From Lachnospiraceae bacterium (GTDB lineage: Bacteria; Bacillota; Clostridia; Lachnospirales; Lachnospiraceae), in the NCBI GenBank assembly GCA_022768825.1, contig JALEJB010000043.1, forward strand, positions 1 through 59,821: 59,821 nucleotides of DNA. The letters are read 5' to 3'. The position numbers were made by a program, and so were the translations under genes. Each line of letters begins with the position of its first letter. Position 1 is the first letter of the stretch. This document shows, one piece after another, positions 40,483 through 50,620 of this stretch. Under the pieces are notes generated by a model. That model did no database searches and was not told the DNA's origin. It saw nothing but the letters and a program-made list of their open reading frames with translations.

Positions 40483-42066
40483 TTATGCCTTAAAATCTAC
40501 ACTGTTTCCCTGATCTGCCATCATCTGTGCAACCAGACGTTCTTCCTCAGACATCAATCCCGAAAGTCCATCCAGATCGTTCAGATTCAGATTTCGTCTG
40601 CCTGATTTTTCCGCCTCAGCCTGTGCCTGTTGTTCCCGCTCAGACTGTGCCTGCCCATTTGCACTCTGATTGCCGTCCAGATTCTGTTCAAACTCATGCG
40701 TTGCCACTGTGACTTCCACAGCTTCCACTTTGATCCCCTGCATCTGCAAGGTCTCTCGCAAAGCAGCCATCTGTGTCTGAAGTGCTTCTTTTACCTCCTC
40801 ATTGGAAGCAGTGATCGTTGCGGATACATTTCCCTCTTTTTCCGATACACTTAAAAACAATCTTCCGAGGTTTGCCGGATTCAACTGCATCTCAATGGTA
40901 GTGCCGGAATCTGTTGCAAGCGTTCTCGCCATTCCTTCGAACTGTGCCAGCAACTGTTCTGTGTCCAGATAGCTGTCTGCCGCAGTCACAACCGGCTGCG
41001 CATTGACTCCTCGGGTCTGACCTGCATTGGTTACATCCGGCTGATAATTCGCATGCTCATTGATGAGTGATTCTGCTTTCTGTTCTTTTTGTTTGAACAG
41101 ATCCTTTGAAGGATCCGAAGTCGACTGCTCCATATTCTGTCCCGTCTCGTCGGAATTGTCTTTTGCAGTTTCCCATGCCGGAAGCTCTTCGGTTTCCAAT
41201 GGCTGCTCATTCGCGCTTTCCTCAGGCACCGGTGTCTGGGGCGCAGTCACTTCTTCTTTTGCCGTCGTCTGTGGTTGTTGTTCTTCTGCCACAGCTTCCG
41301 ATCCATTCGGCTGTTCCACTGTTTCCTGTCCCTGTGGTACGGTAATTCCGTCAACAGTGTCAACCGTGTCTGACGCTTCCAAAGTTGTCATCGTACCGGC
41401 ATTCTCCGTCAATGGCGCATCCTCAGGTAATGTCTGCCCCTGTGACTGCAATACCGTCTCCACAACCTGTGCAAATTCCTTTGGCGACAGTTCATTTACC
41501 TGTTCAAAATTTCCGATCAGCTCCGTCACATCTGCCATCAGCTGCTGAAAGCTGTCATTGGTCAAAAGCTCCATCGCACTGTCACTTCCGGTCAGTTCCT
41601 GAACAAGTGCTACGATATTCTGCGTATCCAAAAGATCCATCGTGGTCAGTCCGAGCAATTCCATCACTTCTGTCACTTCTTCTTCCGTAAGATCCAGACT
41701 GTCTTCGATCTGCTCCTTGATCTCTTCGCCAAGCGACTGCAGCTCCTGCTCATTCGAAGCCACATCGGTGACTTTGGTATCTGTCTGAGTCTCCTTGATC
41801 GGCCGGTTCTTTCCGGCTCCCATGGCGGCAGTATCACGATCCGAATTTCCGTTTTGCCTGTTTGTCGAAGGTGCTTTGCTTGTCACGGTCGTAGCCTTGC
41901 CGGAATCTGCAGACAGATCGGATCTGTTTCCGAACAGATCACCGGCATTCTGATTCATGATACCTACAAACTGCTCTGCCACAGACATGCTTTGTTTGGT
42001 TGTCTTTGCACCGGTTCCCTTTGAAGTGGAAAATAAATTAGGTGTTACCCCTGAAATCTGTGTCAT
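40483..42066 (-). CDS. fliK: hook-length control protein
   Basis: Low-complexity N-terminus; C-terminal MQLNPANLGRL domain. Confidence 0.92.
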   Translation of the reverse strand: MTQISGVTPNLFSTSKGTGAKTTKQSMSVAEQFVGIMNQNAGDLFGNRSDLSADSGKATTVTSKAPSTNRQNGNSDRDTAAMGAGKNRPIKETQTDTKVTDVASNEQELQSLGEEIKEQIEDSLDLTEEEVTEVMELLGLTTMDLLDTQNIVALVQELTGSDSAMELLTNDSFQQLMADVTELIGNFEQVNELSPKEFAQVVETVLQSQGQTLPEDAPLTENAGTMTTLEASDTVDTVDGITVPQGQETVEQPNGSEAVAEEQQPQTTAKEEVTAPQTPVPEESANEQPLETEELPAWETAKDNSDETGQNMEQSTSDPSKDLFKQKEQKAESLINEHANYQPDVTNAGQTRGVNAQPVVTAADSYLDTEQLLAQFEGMARTLATDSGTTIEMQLNPANLGRLFLSVSEKEGNVSATITASNEEVKEALQTQMAALRETLQMQGIKVEAVEVTVATHEFEQNLDGNQSANGQAQSEREQQAQAEAEKSGRRNLNLNDLDGLSGLMSEEERLVAQMMADQGNSVDFKA

Positions 42067-42087
42067 TTCCTTCCTCCTTTCTGAGTA

Positions 42088-42915
42088 TTATTCATCAGGA
42101 TTCATCATTGCTGTGAGTCTTGCCGCATTCTCTGCCTTCATCGCAGCTAAAATATCCGCTCTCGTCTGCGCATCCAATTCTAAGAGGATGTCCGCTACCA
42201 GACTGAAATTATCCGTCATCGTATCAAACATCGCAGCCGCCTTTTTCGGTTTCATAGAAGAATATGTCTTGACATAATCCTCCAGCTCGGCAGACTTTTT
42301 CTGCTGTTCCAGCACCTGTCTGTAGATGATTTCTGCATTTTGCGGATCAATACTCTCATAATACTCCTGATAATTAGATATATCGGGTGCATTGTCGGAA
42401 AAAACAACCTCCCGGTCAAATTTTTGCTTTAACTTTTCGAAGGCGGCCTCGTTTTCCTCGTACACAGACAATTTTTCTACCTGTGACTTTAATTCCTTGA
42501 TCTTTTCGTCTTTCTTCTCGATCTTTTCTTCTGCCTTCGCCAGCTTTTGCTCCAATTCTTTGACATAATCCGTCGCCTCAGAGAGCGTCGTATACGGATA
42601 TTCCTGCTGCTCGATCGGCACCTCCACATCCGGCAGGATCTTGTTCAGATACGGTGTATCCTTAAAGATCGGGTAGAGCACCGTCGATCCAAAACCGCCC
42701 ACATCCCATTTGATGACCAGAACCAATATGCCAAGCCAGATGGCTATGATGATAACGGTTGCCAGAAAAACTGCCACTTTCCCGCCGGCGGAAGTCTCCT
42801 CTTCATCATCTTCGATCTCACTTTTCTTGTCCTGTTTTGCTTTTTTCTTTGCCTCTTTGGCTGCCGCTTTTTCTGCTTTTTTATCCCGTTTCTTCTGTTC
42901 TTCTTCCTCTGCCAT
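42088..42915 (-). CDS. MotE/YlxF-like protein (TM, coiled coil, MgtE_N-like domain)
   Basis: YSSMKPKKAAAMF...ADILAAM; between fliJ and fliK. Confidence 0.8.
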   Translation of the reverse strand: MAEEEEQKKRDKKAEKAAAKEAKKKAKQDKKSEIEDDEEETSAGGKVAVFLATVIIIAIWLGILVLVIKWDVGGFGSTVLYPIFKDTPYLNKILPDVEVPIEQQEYPYTTLSEATDYVKELEQKLAKAEEKIEKKDEKIKELKSQVEKLSVYEENEAAFEKLKQKFDREVVFSDNAPDISNYQEYYESIDPQNAEIIYRQVLEQQKKSAELEDYVKTYSSMKPKKAAAMFDTMTDNFSLVADILLELDAQTRADILAAMKAENAARLTAMMNPDE

Positions 42916-42978
42916 GTATCTTCTCCTCTATTCTGATGTTCTCATTCCAATGCTTTTTCTGATGCTTTTTCTGACGTA

Positions 42979-43428
42979 CTATTTTGCTTCTCTTGTGGCA
43001 TAGGTGAAGCTGGTCAGCTCATCCACCTCCTGCGCCTCTTTGGCCGCAACCTCCACCTTAAATTCTTCAAATGCTTTTTCCCGGAGTTTCTCTTGCACCT
43101 TTCGCTCCACCATCACGTCATTCAATCGTTTTCTGGCAAGCTCCACGTTTTTTTCCGCAATGTGTACCTGCATCATCTGCTCGCGGATCAATGATTTCAT
43201 CGTATCAATGGCCCGCTTATTCTCCTGAATGCTTTGCACATCAATCGTACCGACTGCCAGTTCCTTTGCCCTTCGCTCATAACCGGCTCTGCGAATCAAC
43301 AGTGTCTGAAGCTTTTGATTTTCCTCCGCAAGCTTCCCGTTTGCGATACTGTATGCCGTTCGTTCCTGCTCCTCCAGCTTATATTTGATGTCCAAAATGC
43401 TTTGCATCCGATATACAAATTTTGCCAT
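42979..43428 (-). CDS. fliJ: flagellar export protein FliJ
   Basis: FVYRMQSIL, coiled coil, C-terminal VDE; follows fliI. Confidence 0.93.
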   Translation of the reverse strand: MAKFVYRMQSILDIKYKLEEQERTAYSIANGKLAEENQKLQTLLIRRAGYERRAKELAVGTIDVQSIQENKRAIDTMKSLIREQMMQVHIAEKNVELARKRLNDVMVERKVQEKLREKAFEEFKVEVAAKEAQEVDELTSFTYATREAK

Positions 43429-43447
43429 ATCTCACCCTTACCACTGT

Positions 43448-44758
43448 TTAGGAAAAAATATTTCTCAAAAGCTCGAGTTCTTCCTCAAAATCGAACTTTT
43501 CATCCGTTCTCTGTAATAAAAATTCGTTGACTGCCGCATTTTTTGCGATTGCATAGTCAATCTCTTTATTGGAGCCGCTTTTGTAGGCTCCGATATTGAT
43601 CAGATCCTCTGCCTGCGCATAAGTCGCCATCACATTTTTTAATTTTCCGGCATCCGCTTTCTGCTCCGGAGACGCAATGGCGCTCATCACTCTGGAAATA
43701 CTTGCCAGCACATCAATGGCAGGATAATGATTTCTCTGTGCCAACTTTCGATTTAATACGATATGTCCGTCCAGAATACCTCTCGCGGTATCCGTGATCG
43801 GCTCATTAAAATCATCTCCATCCACCAATACCGTATACAAGCCTGTGATGGAGCCTTTGTTCGAGGTTCCTGCCCGCTCTAAAAGCTTCGGAAGCTCCGC
43901 ATACACACTGGGCGGATATCCTCTCGTTACCGGCGGTTCTCCGGTCGCCAGTCCAATCTCCCGCTGCGCCATGGAAAAACGTGTCAGGGAATCCATCATC
44001 AGCAGCACATCCCGACCCTGATCCCGGAAATATTCCGCAATCGCAGTGGCCGTCTTTGCCGCCTTGTTTCGGATCAACGCCGGCTTATCGGAGGTCGCAA
44101 CCACTACCACGGACCTGGCCATACCCTCAGGCCCCAGATCCCGTTCAATAAATTCCCGCACCTCTCTGCCACGCTCTCCGATCAGCGCGATCACATTGAT
44201 ATCTGCCTTGGTATTTCTTGCGAACATACCCATCAATGTACTTGTTCCGACACCGGAACCTGCAAATATTCCGATACGCTGTCCTCTTCCCCCCGTCAGC
44301 AGACCGTCCACTGCCTTGACACCAAGCGGGAGTACCTGATCGATGATCTTTCGTTTCATCGGATCAGGCGGAAGACATTCCACCGGGTATTGCACCGGCA
44401 GATTCAACTCCCCGTCAAAATCTGTCGGGCGTCCCAGACCATCCAATGTATGACCCAGCAGCTCATCCCCCACCGAAATCCGAAGCGGTTCCCCCGTATT
44501 TTCTACGACCGATCCGACCCGGATACCGTCCATATTTTCAAAGGGCATCAGAAGCAGTCTGTTATCGCGGAAACCCACGACCTCCGCATACACATAACTG
44601 TCTGTCTGCCGGTCAATAACAATGCGGCAAAGATCGCCCAGTTTTGTCTCCGGTCCAATTGATTCCACCGTCAAACCGACAACCTTTGCCACTTTTCCAT
44701 AACACTCATAAAAAAAATGATCTAAAACCTGATAGTATTTCTCATACGCCCTATTCAA
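43448..44758 (-). CDS. fliI: flagellar export ATPase (Walker A Lys reads Thr)
   Basis: IGERGREV, LLMMDSLTR, GEPP; P-loop reads GSGVGTST. Confidence 0.95.
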   Translation of the reverse strand: MNRAYEKYYQVLDHFFYECYGKVAKVVGLTVESIGPETKLGDLCRIVIDRQTDSYVYAEVVGFRDNRLLLMPFENMDGIRVGSVVENTGEPLRISVGDELLGHTLDGLGRPTDFDGELNLPVQYPVECLPPDPMKRKIIDQVLPLGVKAVDGLLTGGRGQRIGIFAGSGVGTSTLMGMFARNTKADINVIALIGERGREVREFIERDLGPEGMARSVVVVATSDKPALIRNKAAKTATAIAEYFRDQGRDVLLMMDSLTRFSMAQREIGLATGEPPVTRGYPPSVYAELPKLLERAGTSNKGSITGLYTVLVDGDDFNEPITDTARGILDGHIVLNRKLAQRNHYPAIDVLASISRVMSAIASPEQKADAGKLKNVMATYAQAEDLINIGAYKSGSNKEIDYAIAKNAAVNEFLLQRTDEKFDFEEELELLRNIFS

Positions 44759-44786
44759 ATGCTCATCCTCGTTTCAAACCTTGCTC

Positions 44787-45659
44787 TTATGAAAGCACTG
44801 CCAGAGACTTCAGGTCTCTGATCAAATGATCCAGTTCCACATCCAGACTGCAATCATAGACACCGGAATCCGCATCGATCATGCATTGATTTTCTCCCAG
44901 ATCCGGATCCATCACGATCTCAATCGACAGATCTTCCCCGACTTTTTCCTGCAGCATCTGTTTTTGCTCACGAAGAAAACCAACTTGCGCTTCACTGACA
45001 CGGATCTTATACTGTTTCGTCTCTTTGATCCCACGCATGGCGTTCATCACCAAAGACAACAACAGCTCCCGCTTGTCGGAAAACTGTATCCGAAATACCT
45101 GATCAAATATAGAAAGCATGGTATCCAACAGTTCCGGTTCCATGCTCTCTAGGCTCCTGTTATATTCCTGCTGCTGACGTTCTGCTTCCTCCGAGATCCG
45201 ATCCATCTTTGCCGCAAGCTCCTGCTGTGCCTGATTTTGTCCATCTGCATAACCCTGTTTCTCGCCCTCTTGGCGGGCCTGATCTCTCATAGTTAGGGCT
45301 TCCTGTCTGGCGTTGGCAAGGATCGTCTCTGCTTCCTGCTTTGCCTGCGCCAAAATCTGCTGTGCTTCTTCATTGGCCTGTGCGATTATATCCTCCGGTG
45401 AAGGCTGCGCTGCTTCCTCCTCCATCAAGATCTGTTCCGCAAAAAGCCCTTCTTTAAAATCCGGCGCATTTTCCCCATCAGAAACCGCACCGCCGTTTTC
45501 GCTTTCCAGGCGAAAATTTTCACGCTGTTGTGACACCTGCTGTTCGGCAATCTGTCTCATACGCTCCTGAATCATCTCATTGGTATTGATGACTCGACGC
45601 ACCTGAGAACCTGCCACAACATATGTATGCTTATAAAAATTAGACAATGATCTCGTCAC
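44787..45659 (-). CDS. fliH: flagellar assembly protein FliH
   Basis: AxxxG/GxxxG repeats; between fliG and fliI; exact start uncertain. Confidence 0.88.
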   Translation of the reverse strand: MTRSLSNFYKHTYVVAGSQVRRVINTNEMIQERMRQIAEQQVSQQRENFRLESENGGAVSDGENAPDFKEGLFAEQILMEEEAAQPSPEDIIAQANEEAQQILAQAKQEAETILANARQEALTMRDQARQEGEKQGYADGQNQAQQELAAKMDRISEEAERQQQEYNRSLESMEPELLDTMLSIFDQVFRIQFSDKRELLLSLVMNAMRGIKETKQYKIRVSEAQVGFLREQKQMLQEKVGEDLSIEIVMDPDLGENQCMIDADSGVYDCSLDVELDHLIRDLKSLAVLS

Positions 45660-46647
45660 CTCCGCCTCTAGAGATTACGATCTCAGCATTATCCTCTAAC
45701 TTACGAATGATCGCAACGATCTTCTGCTGTGCTTCCTCAACATCCTTCATACGTACCGGACCCATGAATTCGATATCTTCCTCGATCATAGAAGCAAGAC
45801 GTTTGGACAGATTCTTTAACACCACATTCTTAACCTCGTCATTGGATCCCTTCAGGGCGATCTCAAGGTCATTATTATCCACATCACGCAACACACGTTG
45901 AATGGCACGGTCGTCCAAAAGAAGAATATCCTCGAACACAAACATCTTCTTGCGGATCTCGTCTGCCAGCTCCGGCTCCTCGATCTCCAAAGACTCCATG
46001 ATATGTTTCTCTGTTCCACGGTCTACGGTATTTAAGATATTGACGATCGCATCGACACCACCGACGATCGTATAATCCTGATTTGCAAGAGAAGCAAGCT
46101 TTCGCTCCAACACACTCTCTACCTCTTTGATGACATCCGGCGAAGTACGATCCATCATTGCGATACGTTTTGCTACATCCGCCTGCTTTTCCGGTGACAG
46201 CGCACCCAGAATCATGGATGCCTGCGCAGCCGACAGGTACGATAAGATCATCGCGATCGTCTGCGGATGCTCATCCTGAATGAAGTTCAAGATCTGCGAA
46301 GGATCTGTCTTTCGCACAAACTCAAACGGACGAACCTGCAAGGACGCAGTAAGTTTGGAAATAACCTCCTGTGCCTTATCCTCTCCAAGTGCTTTATCCA
46401 GCAGCTCTTTCGCATATCCGATACCACCCTCTGCGATATACTGCTGCGCAAGACATACCTGGTAAAACTCTTCTAATACGTCCTCCTTGGTCTGCGGAGA
46501 CACACTTCTCGTATTGGCGATCTCAAGGGTCAGTTCCTCGATCTCGTCTTCTTTTAAATGTTTGAATATGTTAGCTGATTTTTCAGGTCCTAAAGCGATC
46601 AGCAAAATGGCCGCTTTTTGTATGCCTGTATATTCTTCTGATGCCAT
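45640..46647 (-). CDS. fliG: rotor protein FliG
   Basis: KAAILL, EHPQ, MFVFED, GPVR. Confidence 0.98.
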   Translation of the reverse strand: MASEEYTGIQKAAILLIALGPEKSANIFKHLKEDEIEELTLEIANTRSVSPQTKEDVLEEFYQVCLAQQYIAEGGIGYAKELLDKALGEDKAQEVISKLTASLQVRPFEFVRKTDPSQILNFIQDEHPQTIAMILSYLSAAQASMILGALSPEKQADVAKRIAMMDRTSPDVIKEVESVLERKLASLANQDYTIVGGVDAIVNILNTVDRGTEKHIMESLEIEEPELADEIRKKMFVFEDILLLDDRAIQRVLRDVDNNDLEIALKGSNDEVKNVVLKNLSKRLASMIEEDIEFMGPVRMKDVEEAQQKIVAIIRKLEDNAEIVISRGGGDEIIV

Positions 46648-46687
46648 AAATCAACTGTCTCCTATCCAAGTGAACGGTAACTTTTTT

Positions 46688-48289
46688 CTAATCCCAATCC
46701 TCGTTCAGCCAGTTACGCAAAAGACTTGCGACGGCCTCCGGTTTTTCGTCTACGAATTTTTCGATCAACATTCGGGCCTCAGATTTCTCTTTATATCCGA
46801 TATCTTCCATATCGCCTTCCGACTCCTTGGTTGAACGAAGCAGTGTCTCCACAGAAAGCTCCGGCTCCAATTCTTCGACCTGTTCCTTTCTCGTGCTGCG
46901 AAATACCACGTAACCAAGCAGCGCAAAGATCAATACCGCAAGCAAGATCTGGAAGTAATCCGCCAGTGTTCTTCCGCTTCCGGATGAATAAGTAAAGAAC
47001 GGCACTTCATATGCGACGATGGATATATTTGCTTCCGGAAATCCGGTGGCTTTTGAAACCATGGTATAAAAATCCGGATCCACTTCTGTCTTAACCCGAG
47101 CGGAATTTTGTGACTTAAACTCTTCAAAGGTCATGTCATCCAGCTGCCCGGATTTTTTCAAAACATCCTCATCATACGTGACATAGGTAGTCGCAACCAC
47201 CGAGATCGATGAGGTATCATAATTGATCGTTCCGGCACTTCCTTTGATCTTGGTCAGACGCTCGTTTGGCAGATAGTCCTTCTGGATGTCTGTCACTGAG
47301 CTTTCTGTATAATCTCCATTTTCCAGCATATAGGTCGTATCATTGTTGTTATCTGTTCCCGGAGCTGCCGCCAGACCGCCCACCGCATTGCTCTCATAGC
47401 TGGATTCACTGTCCAGATAACCCTGTGTCATACCGTCAGCCACATAAAACTCCCGGTCTACCACATCTTTGGTATCAAAATTCATGTCCAGATTCAGTCC
47501 GACTTCCACATTGCTGTATACGTCTGTTCCGATCACGACATCCTTTACTTCCTTCTTGACTGCCTGCTCATATTTCTGTTTCAAGGTCAGCTGGGAGCTG
47601 GCAACACCTGTCACCGAGCTCTCATCTCCGCCCGAATACAAGGTATTCGAGTTGGAATCCATGATATAGATATTGTCTGATGTGTCATTTCCAAGCTGTG
47701 TTGAGATAAACTTTGCCAGACTAGCCGCCTGCTCCTCATCCATCTCACCATCCAGTTCCAGCATGACATTGGCATACGCATCCAGTTTTTTTGCTGCGAG
47801 CGTTCCATCATCCTCCGGAATGTTCAGCTTGACCGTTGCGGATTTTACATTGTTTAGAATCTCAATCGTTCTGGCAAGCTTTTCCTCCAGATAAAGCTGA
47901 TATTTTTTCTCCTTATCTGCTTCTGTCGTCGTAAAGGTTCCATCCAAAGCATCCGAAATAGAATAGCCATTGGTCGGAATATCATTGGAACCAAGCAGGA
48001 TCTGCGCAACCGCCTCATCCGCCTGATTGATCGTGAAGGTCAGTCCGTTGTCACTGATCTGATACGTGATGCTGTTGTCATCCAAAAGCTGTTTGACTTC
48101 AGCCGATTGTGCCGTATCTTCACAGGTGATCAGCTCCGTGGTCTTGGGTCTTGTCATCACAAATGCCAGAATACCGATTGCCACTACCACGACTGCAACA
48201 ATACTTACAAGCAGGATCTGTTGTTTTTTATTAAATTTTTTCCACCATTCGACAATTCGGTCGATGATCTGTTGTAACTGCTCCGGCAT
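46688..48289 (-). CDS. fliF: MS-ring protein
   Basis: Two TMs flanking a large extracellular part; LLRNWL C-terminus. Confidence 0.93.
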   Translation of the reverse strand: MPEQLQQIIDRIVEWWKKFNKKQQILLVSIVAVVVVAIGILAFVMTRPKTTELITCEDTAQSAEVKQLLDDNSITYQISDNGLTFTINQADEAVAQILLGSNDIPTNGYSISDALDGTFTTTEADKEKKYQLYLEEKLARTIEILNNVKSATVKLNIPEDDGTLAAKKLDAYANVMLELDGEMDEEQAASLAKFISTQLGNDTSDNIYIMDSNSNTLYSGGDESSVTGVASSQLTLKQKYEQAVKKEVKDVVIGTDVYSNVEVGLNLDMNFDTKDVVDREFYVADGMTQGYLDSESSYESNAVGGLAAAPGTDNNNDTTYMLENGDYTESSVTDIQKDYLPNERLTKIKGSAGTINYDTSSISVVATTYVTYDEDVLKKSGQLDDMTFEEFKSQNSARVKTEVDPDFYTMVSKATGFPEANISIVAYEVPFFTYSSGSGRTLADYFQILLAVLIFALLGYVVFRSTRKEQVEELEPELSVETLLRSTKESEGDMEDIGYKEKSEARMLIEKFVDEKPEAVASLLRNWLNEDWD

Positions 48290-48308
48290 GAGATCTTACA
48301 CTCCTTTT

Positions 48309-48614
48309 TTACATCTGCATATTCATGATCGTGTTATATGCTTCCAATGCTTTGTCTCTTACTGCTACCGTATAAGCCAAAGCGACATTTGCCTTCTGCT
48401 GCGCTACCTGAAGGTCATGCGTATTGTCCGCATCCCCCAGCGCAAACTGAATCTCCAGCGACTCTGCCGTATTTTGCAGATTGTTGGTCTCATTTAGCAT
48501 ATTTAATGCACTGTTAAAGATCGTACCAAAGGTCTGATCTCCACTTTTCTTCTGATTGCCGAACACATCATTGATATATTCGGAACGAATACCATCGATT
48601 GACTGAATATCCAT
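48309..48614 (-). CDS. fliE: hook-basal body protein FliE
   Basis: VRDKALEAYNTIMNMQM. Confidence 0.95.
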   Translation of the reverse strand: MDIQSIDGIRSEYINDVFGNQKKSGDQTFGTIFNSALNMLNETNNLQNTAESLEIQFALGDADNTHDLQVAQQKANVALAYTVAVRDKALEAYNTIMNMQM

Positions 48615-48643
48615 CTCACAAAAGCCTCCTTACAGCTTTCCAA

Positions 48644-49087
48644 TCATGACTTTCCGATCTGGATGCCTGCCTGGGCGATCGCCTTGCTGGCATCAAATGC
48701 TGTCGCATTCGCCTCATAGGCGCGGGAAGCATCGATCAGGTTGGTCATTTCGGTCACGATATTGACATTCGGATAGGATACATATCCATTTTCATCCGCA
48801 TCCGGATGCGACGGATCATATTCCATGATAAAATCCGAAGTCTCATCCTCTTTCAGGGAATAGACTTTTACGCCCTCCCCTTTATACTTATTTCTGTGAC
48901 TCTTTAAAATATCACTGAACGGCGTATCTACCTTCTGTGCAAAAGTCACGACCTGTCTGCGGTACGGCGTACCGTCCTCTGTTCTCGTTGTATTTACGTT
49001 TGCGATATTTTCCGCAATGATATCTGTCCGGAAACGCTGTGCAGTCATTCCGGACGCGCTGATGTCAAAAGACTGAAATAAAGCCAT
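48644..49087 (-). CDS. flgC: basal body rod protein FlgC
   Basis: ENIANVNT, YDPSHPDA, YPNVN, RAYEAN. Confidence 0.97.
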   Translation of the reverse strand: MALFQSFDISASGMTAQRFRTDIIAENIANVNTTRTEDGTPYRRQVVTFAQKVDTPFSDILKSHRNKYKGEGVKVYSLKEDETSDFIMEYDPSHPDADENGYVSYPNVNIVTEMTNLIDASRAYEANATAFDASKAIAQAGIQIGKS

Positions 49088-49114
49088 CTCTTATCCCTCC
49101 TGTTTGGACAAATA

Positions 49115-49513
49115 TTATGGACCGATTGCTGTTTTCATTCTCGAAAACTCCTGTGTCACGCTGTCAGCAAGCAACTGGTAGCGAAGCTGTTCGGAAGCCA
49201 GTTCTACTTCTTCCGTATCAATATCCACATTGTTGCCATCCAGACGATAATCATAGCCATATGCCGCCCGGTCATAGTGGGCAGTGGCATTCAAACGTGT
49301 CAGATTTAACTTGTCAACCTTCTGATCCAGGGATTCCCATTTTGTCTTGTCCAGTTCTTCACGAAGCAGGCTTGCAAAATCCACCTCTCTGCGCTTATAA
49401 CCAGGAGTATCCACGTTTGCAATATTATTGGTCAGTACGGTTTCCCTCAGATTACTGGCATCCAGTGCTTTGTCCAGCACATTGATGTAATTAAATGCAT
49501 TACTCTGAATCAT
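49115..49513 (-). CDS. flgB: basal body rod protein FlgB
   Basis: NNIANVDTPGYK, DGNNVD. Confidence 0.97.
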   Translation of the reverse strand: MIQSNAFNYINVLDKALDASNLRETVLTNNIANVDTPGYKRREVDFASLLREELDKTKWESLDQKVDKLNLTRLNATAHYDRAAYGYDYRLDGNNVDIDTEEVELASEQLRYQLLADSVTQEFSRMKTAIGP

Positions 49514-49538
49514 GTTTTACTCCTTTCTCTATAGACAA

Positions 49539-49564
49539 ATATCGGCAAAAACACCTTGTTTTTA
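49539..49564 (-). promoter_or_regulatory. sigma-28 promoter of the flgB operon
   Basis: TAAA-N14-GCCGATAT (consensus -10), 25 nt upstream of the ATG. Confidence 0.7.
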
Positions 49565-49729
49565 CAGGCAAAATTACAGACTTTTCCCGTTTATATTTTT
49601 AAGTATAAGTAATTTCAAAAAAAACACAAGCCTTTTTTCTACTTTTTTCACACGATATTGTGTTGTTTTTCTAAATCAGCTACTAAATATGTCAAAATTC
49701 AAACTTTATTGTGAAGTTTCCTATACGAC

Positions 49730-49763
49730 AAAAAAGGATCTATAGTTTCCTATAAATCCTTTT
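49730..49763 (-). terminator. terminator after codY
   Basis: AAAAGGAT-T-TATAG-GAAA-CTATA-G-ATCC-T6. Confidence 0.8.
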
Positions 49764-49793
49764 ACATCGTTTCTCATTCATCCTATGCAATGG

Positions 49794-50576
49794 CTAAATA
49801 TGCTTCTGCTGCGCCTTTAGCTTATTCAATTCATCAAATACGACATCATTTAAGACCTTAATGTATGTCCCCTTCATCCCGGAAGAACGGGATTCAATCA
49901 CACCTGCGCTCTCAAACTTGCGCAGTGCATTGACGATCACCGATCTCGTAATACCAACCCGGTCTGCAATCTTGCTTGCCACAAGAATGCCCTCCTTACC
50001 GTCCAGCTCATCAAAAATATGTATGATGGCTTCCAATTCCGAAAAAGACAGTGTAGAGATCGCTGATTTTACGATCTGGACCTTTCGGTTTTCCTCCGCG
50101 CTTTCTTCATTCACGGAACGAAGCATCTCAAGTCCGACCACAGTTGTTCCGTATTCCGTCAGAATAATGTCATCAATATCATACATCCGGTTCATGCGAT
50201 ATACAAACAGGGTGCCAAGCCGCTCCCCCGCAATATCGATCGGTGCGATAATGGCTGAATAATTCTTGGTATCCATCACAAAACCAAGCGTCTCAAGATT
50301 GACATTTTCTTTTGTGGACAAGATCCCCAGCAGACGCTCATTCAACATCAGATCGATAAATCCGCCAACCTCGTCAACGATCAGCTCCTTTAACTCTCTG
50401 GTGCCCTGCGCCACACTTGCTCCCAGCACCTTTCCTTTTTTGCTGATGACAAGGATATTTGACTCGAGAATATCGGTCAGCACATCACAAATATCGTTAA
50501 ACACAACCTTTGACGAATTATTATTGTGAAGCAGCTTATTGATTTTTCTTGTTTTGTCCAATAATTGTACGCTCAT
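49794..50576 (-). CDS. codY: GTP/BCAA-sensing global regulator CodY
   Basis: LLDKTRKINKLL; HTH ASKIADRVGITRSVIVNALRKFESAG. Confidence 0.98.
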   Translation of the reverse strand: MSVQLLDKTRKINKLLHNNNSSKVVFNDICDVLTDILESNILVISKKGKVLGASVAQGTRELKELIVDEVGGFIDLMLNERLLGILSTKENVNLETLGFVMDTKNYSAIIAPIDIAGERLGTLFVYRMNRMYDIDDIILTEYGTTVVGLEMLRSVNEESAEENRKVQIVKSAISTLSFSELEAIIHIFDELDGKEGILVASKIADRVGITRSVIVNALRKFESAGVIESRSSGMKGTYIKVLNDVVFDELNKLKAQQKHI

Positions 50577-50620
50577 GTATGCTCTCTTTTCTTTCGGGTA
50601 GATAAGGCAACTATACACCT

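Noticed and set aside
42951-42974. TGCTTTTTCTGA tandem duplication after fliJ
   Set aside because: Only two copies and no spacers; not a CRISPR array or a convincing operator
49514-49793. C. difficile-type invertible flagellar switch or c-di-GMP riboswitch upstream of flgB
   Set aside because: AGTTTCCTATA occurs twice but as a direct repeat, one copy inside the codY terminator; no flanking long inverted pair and no GEMM-like riboswitch architecture seen
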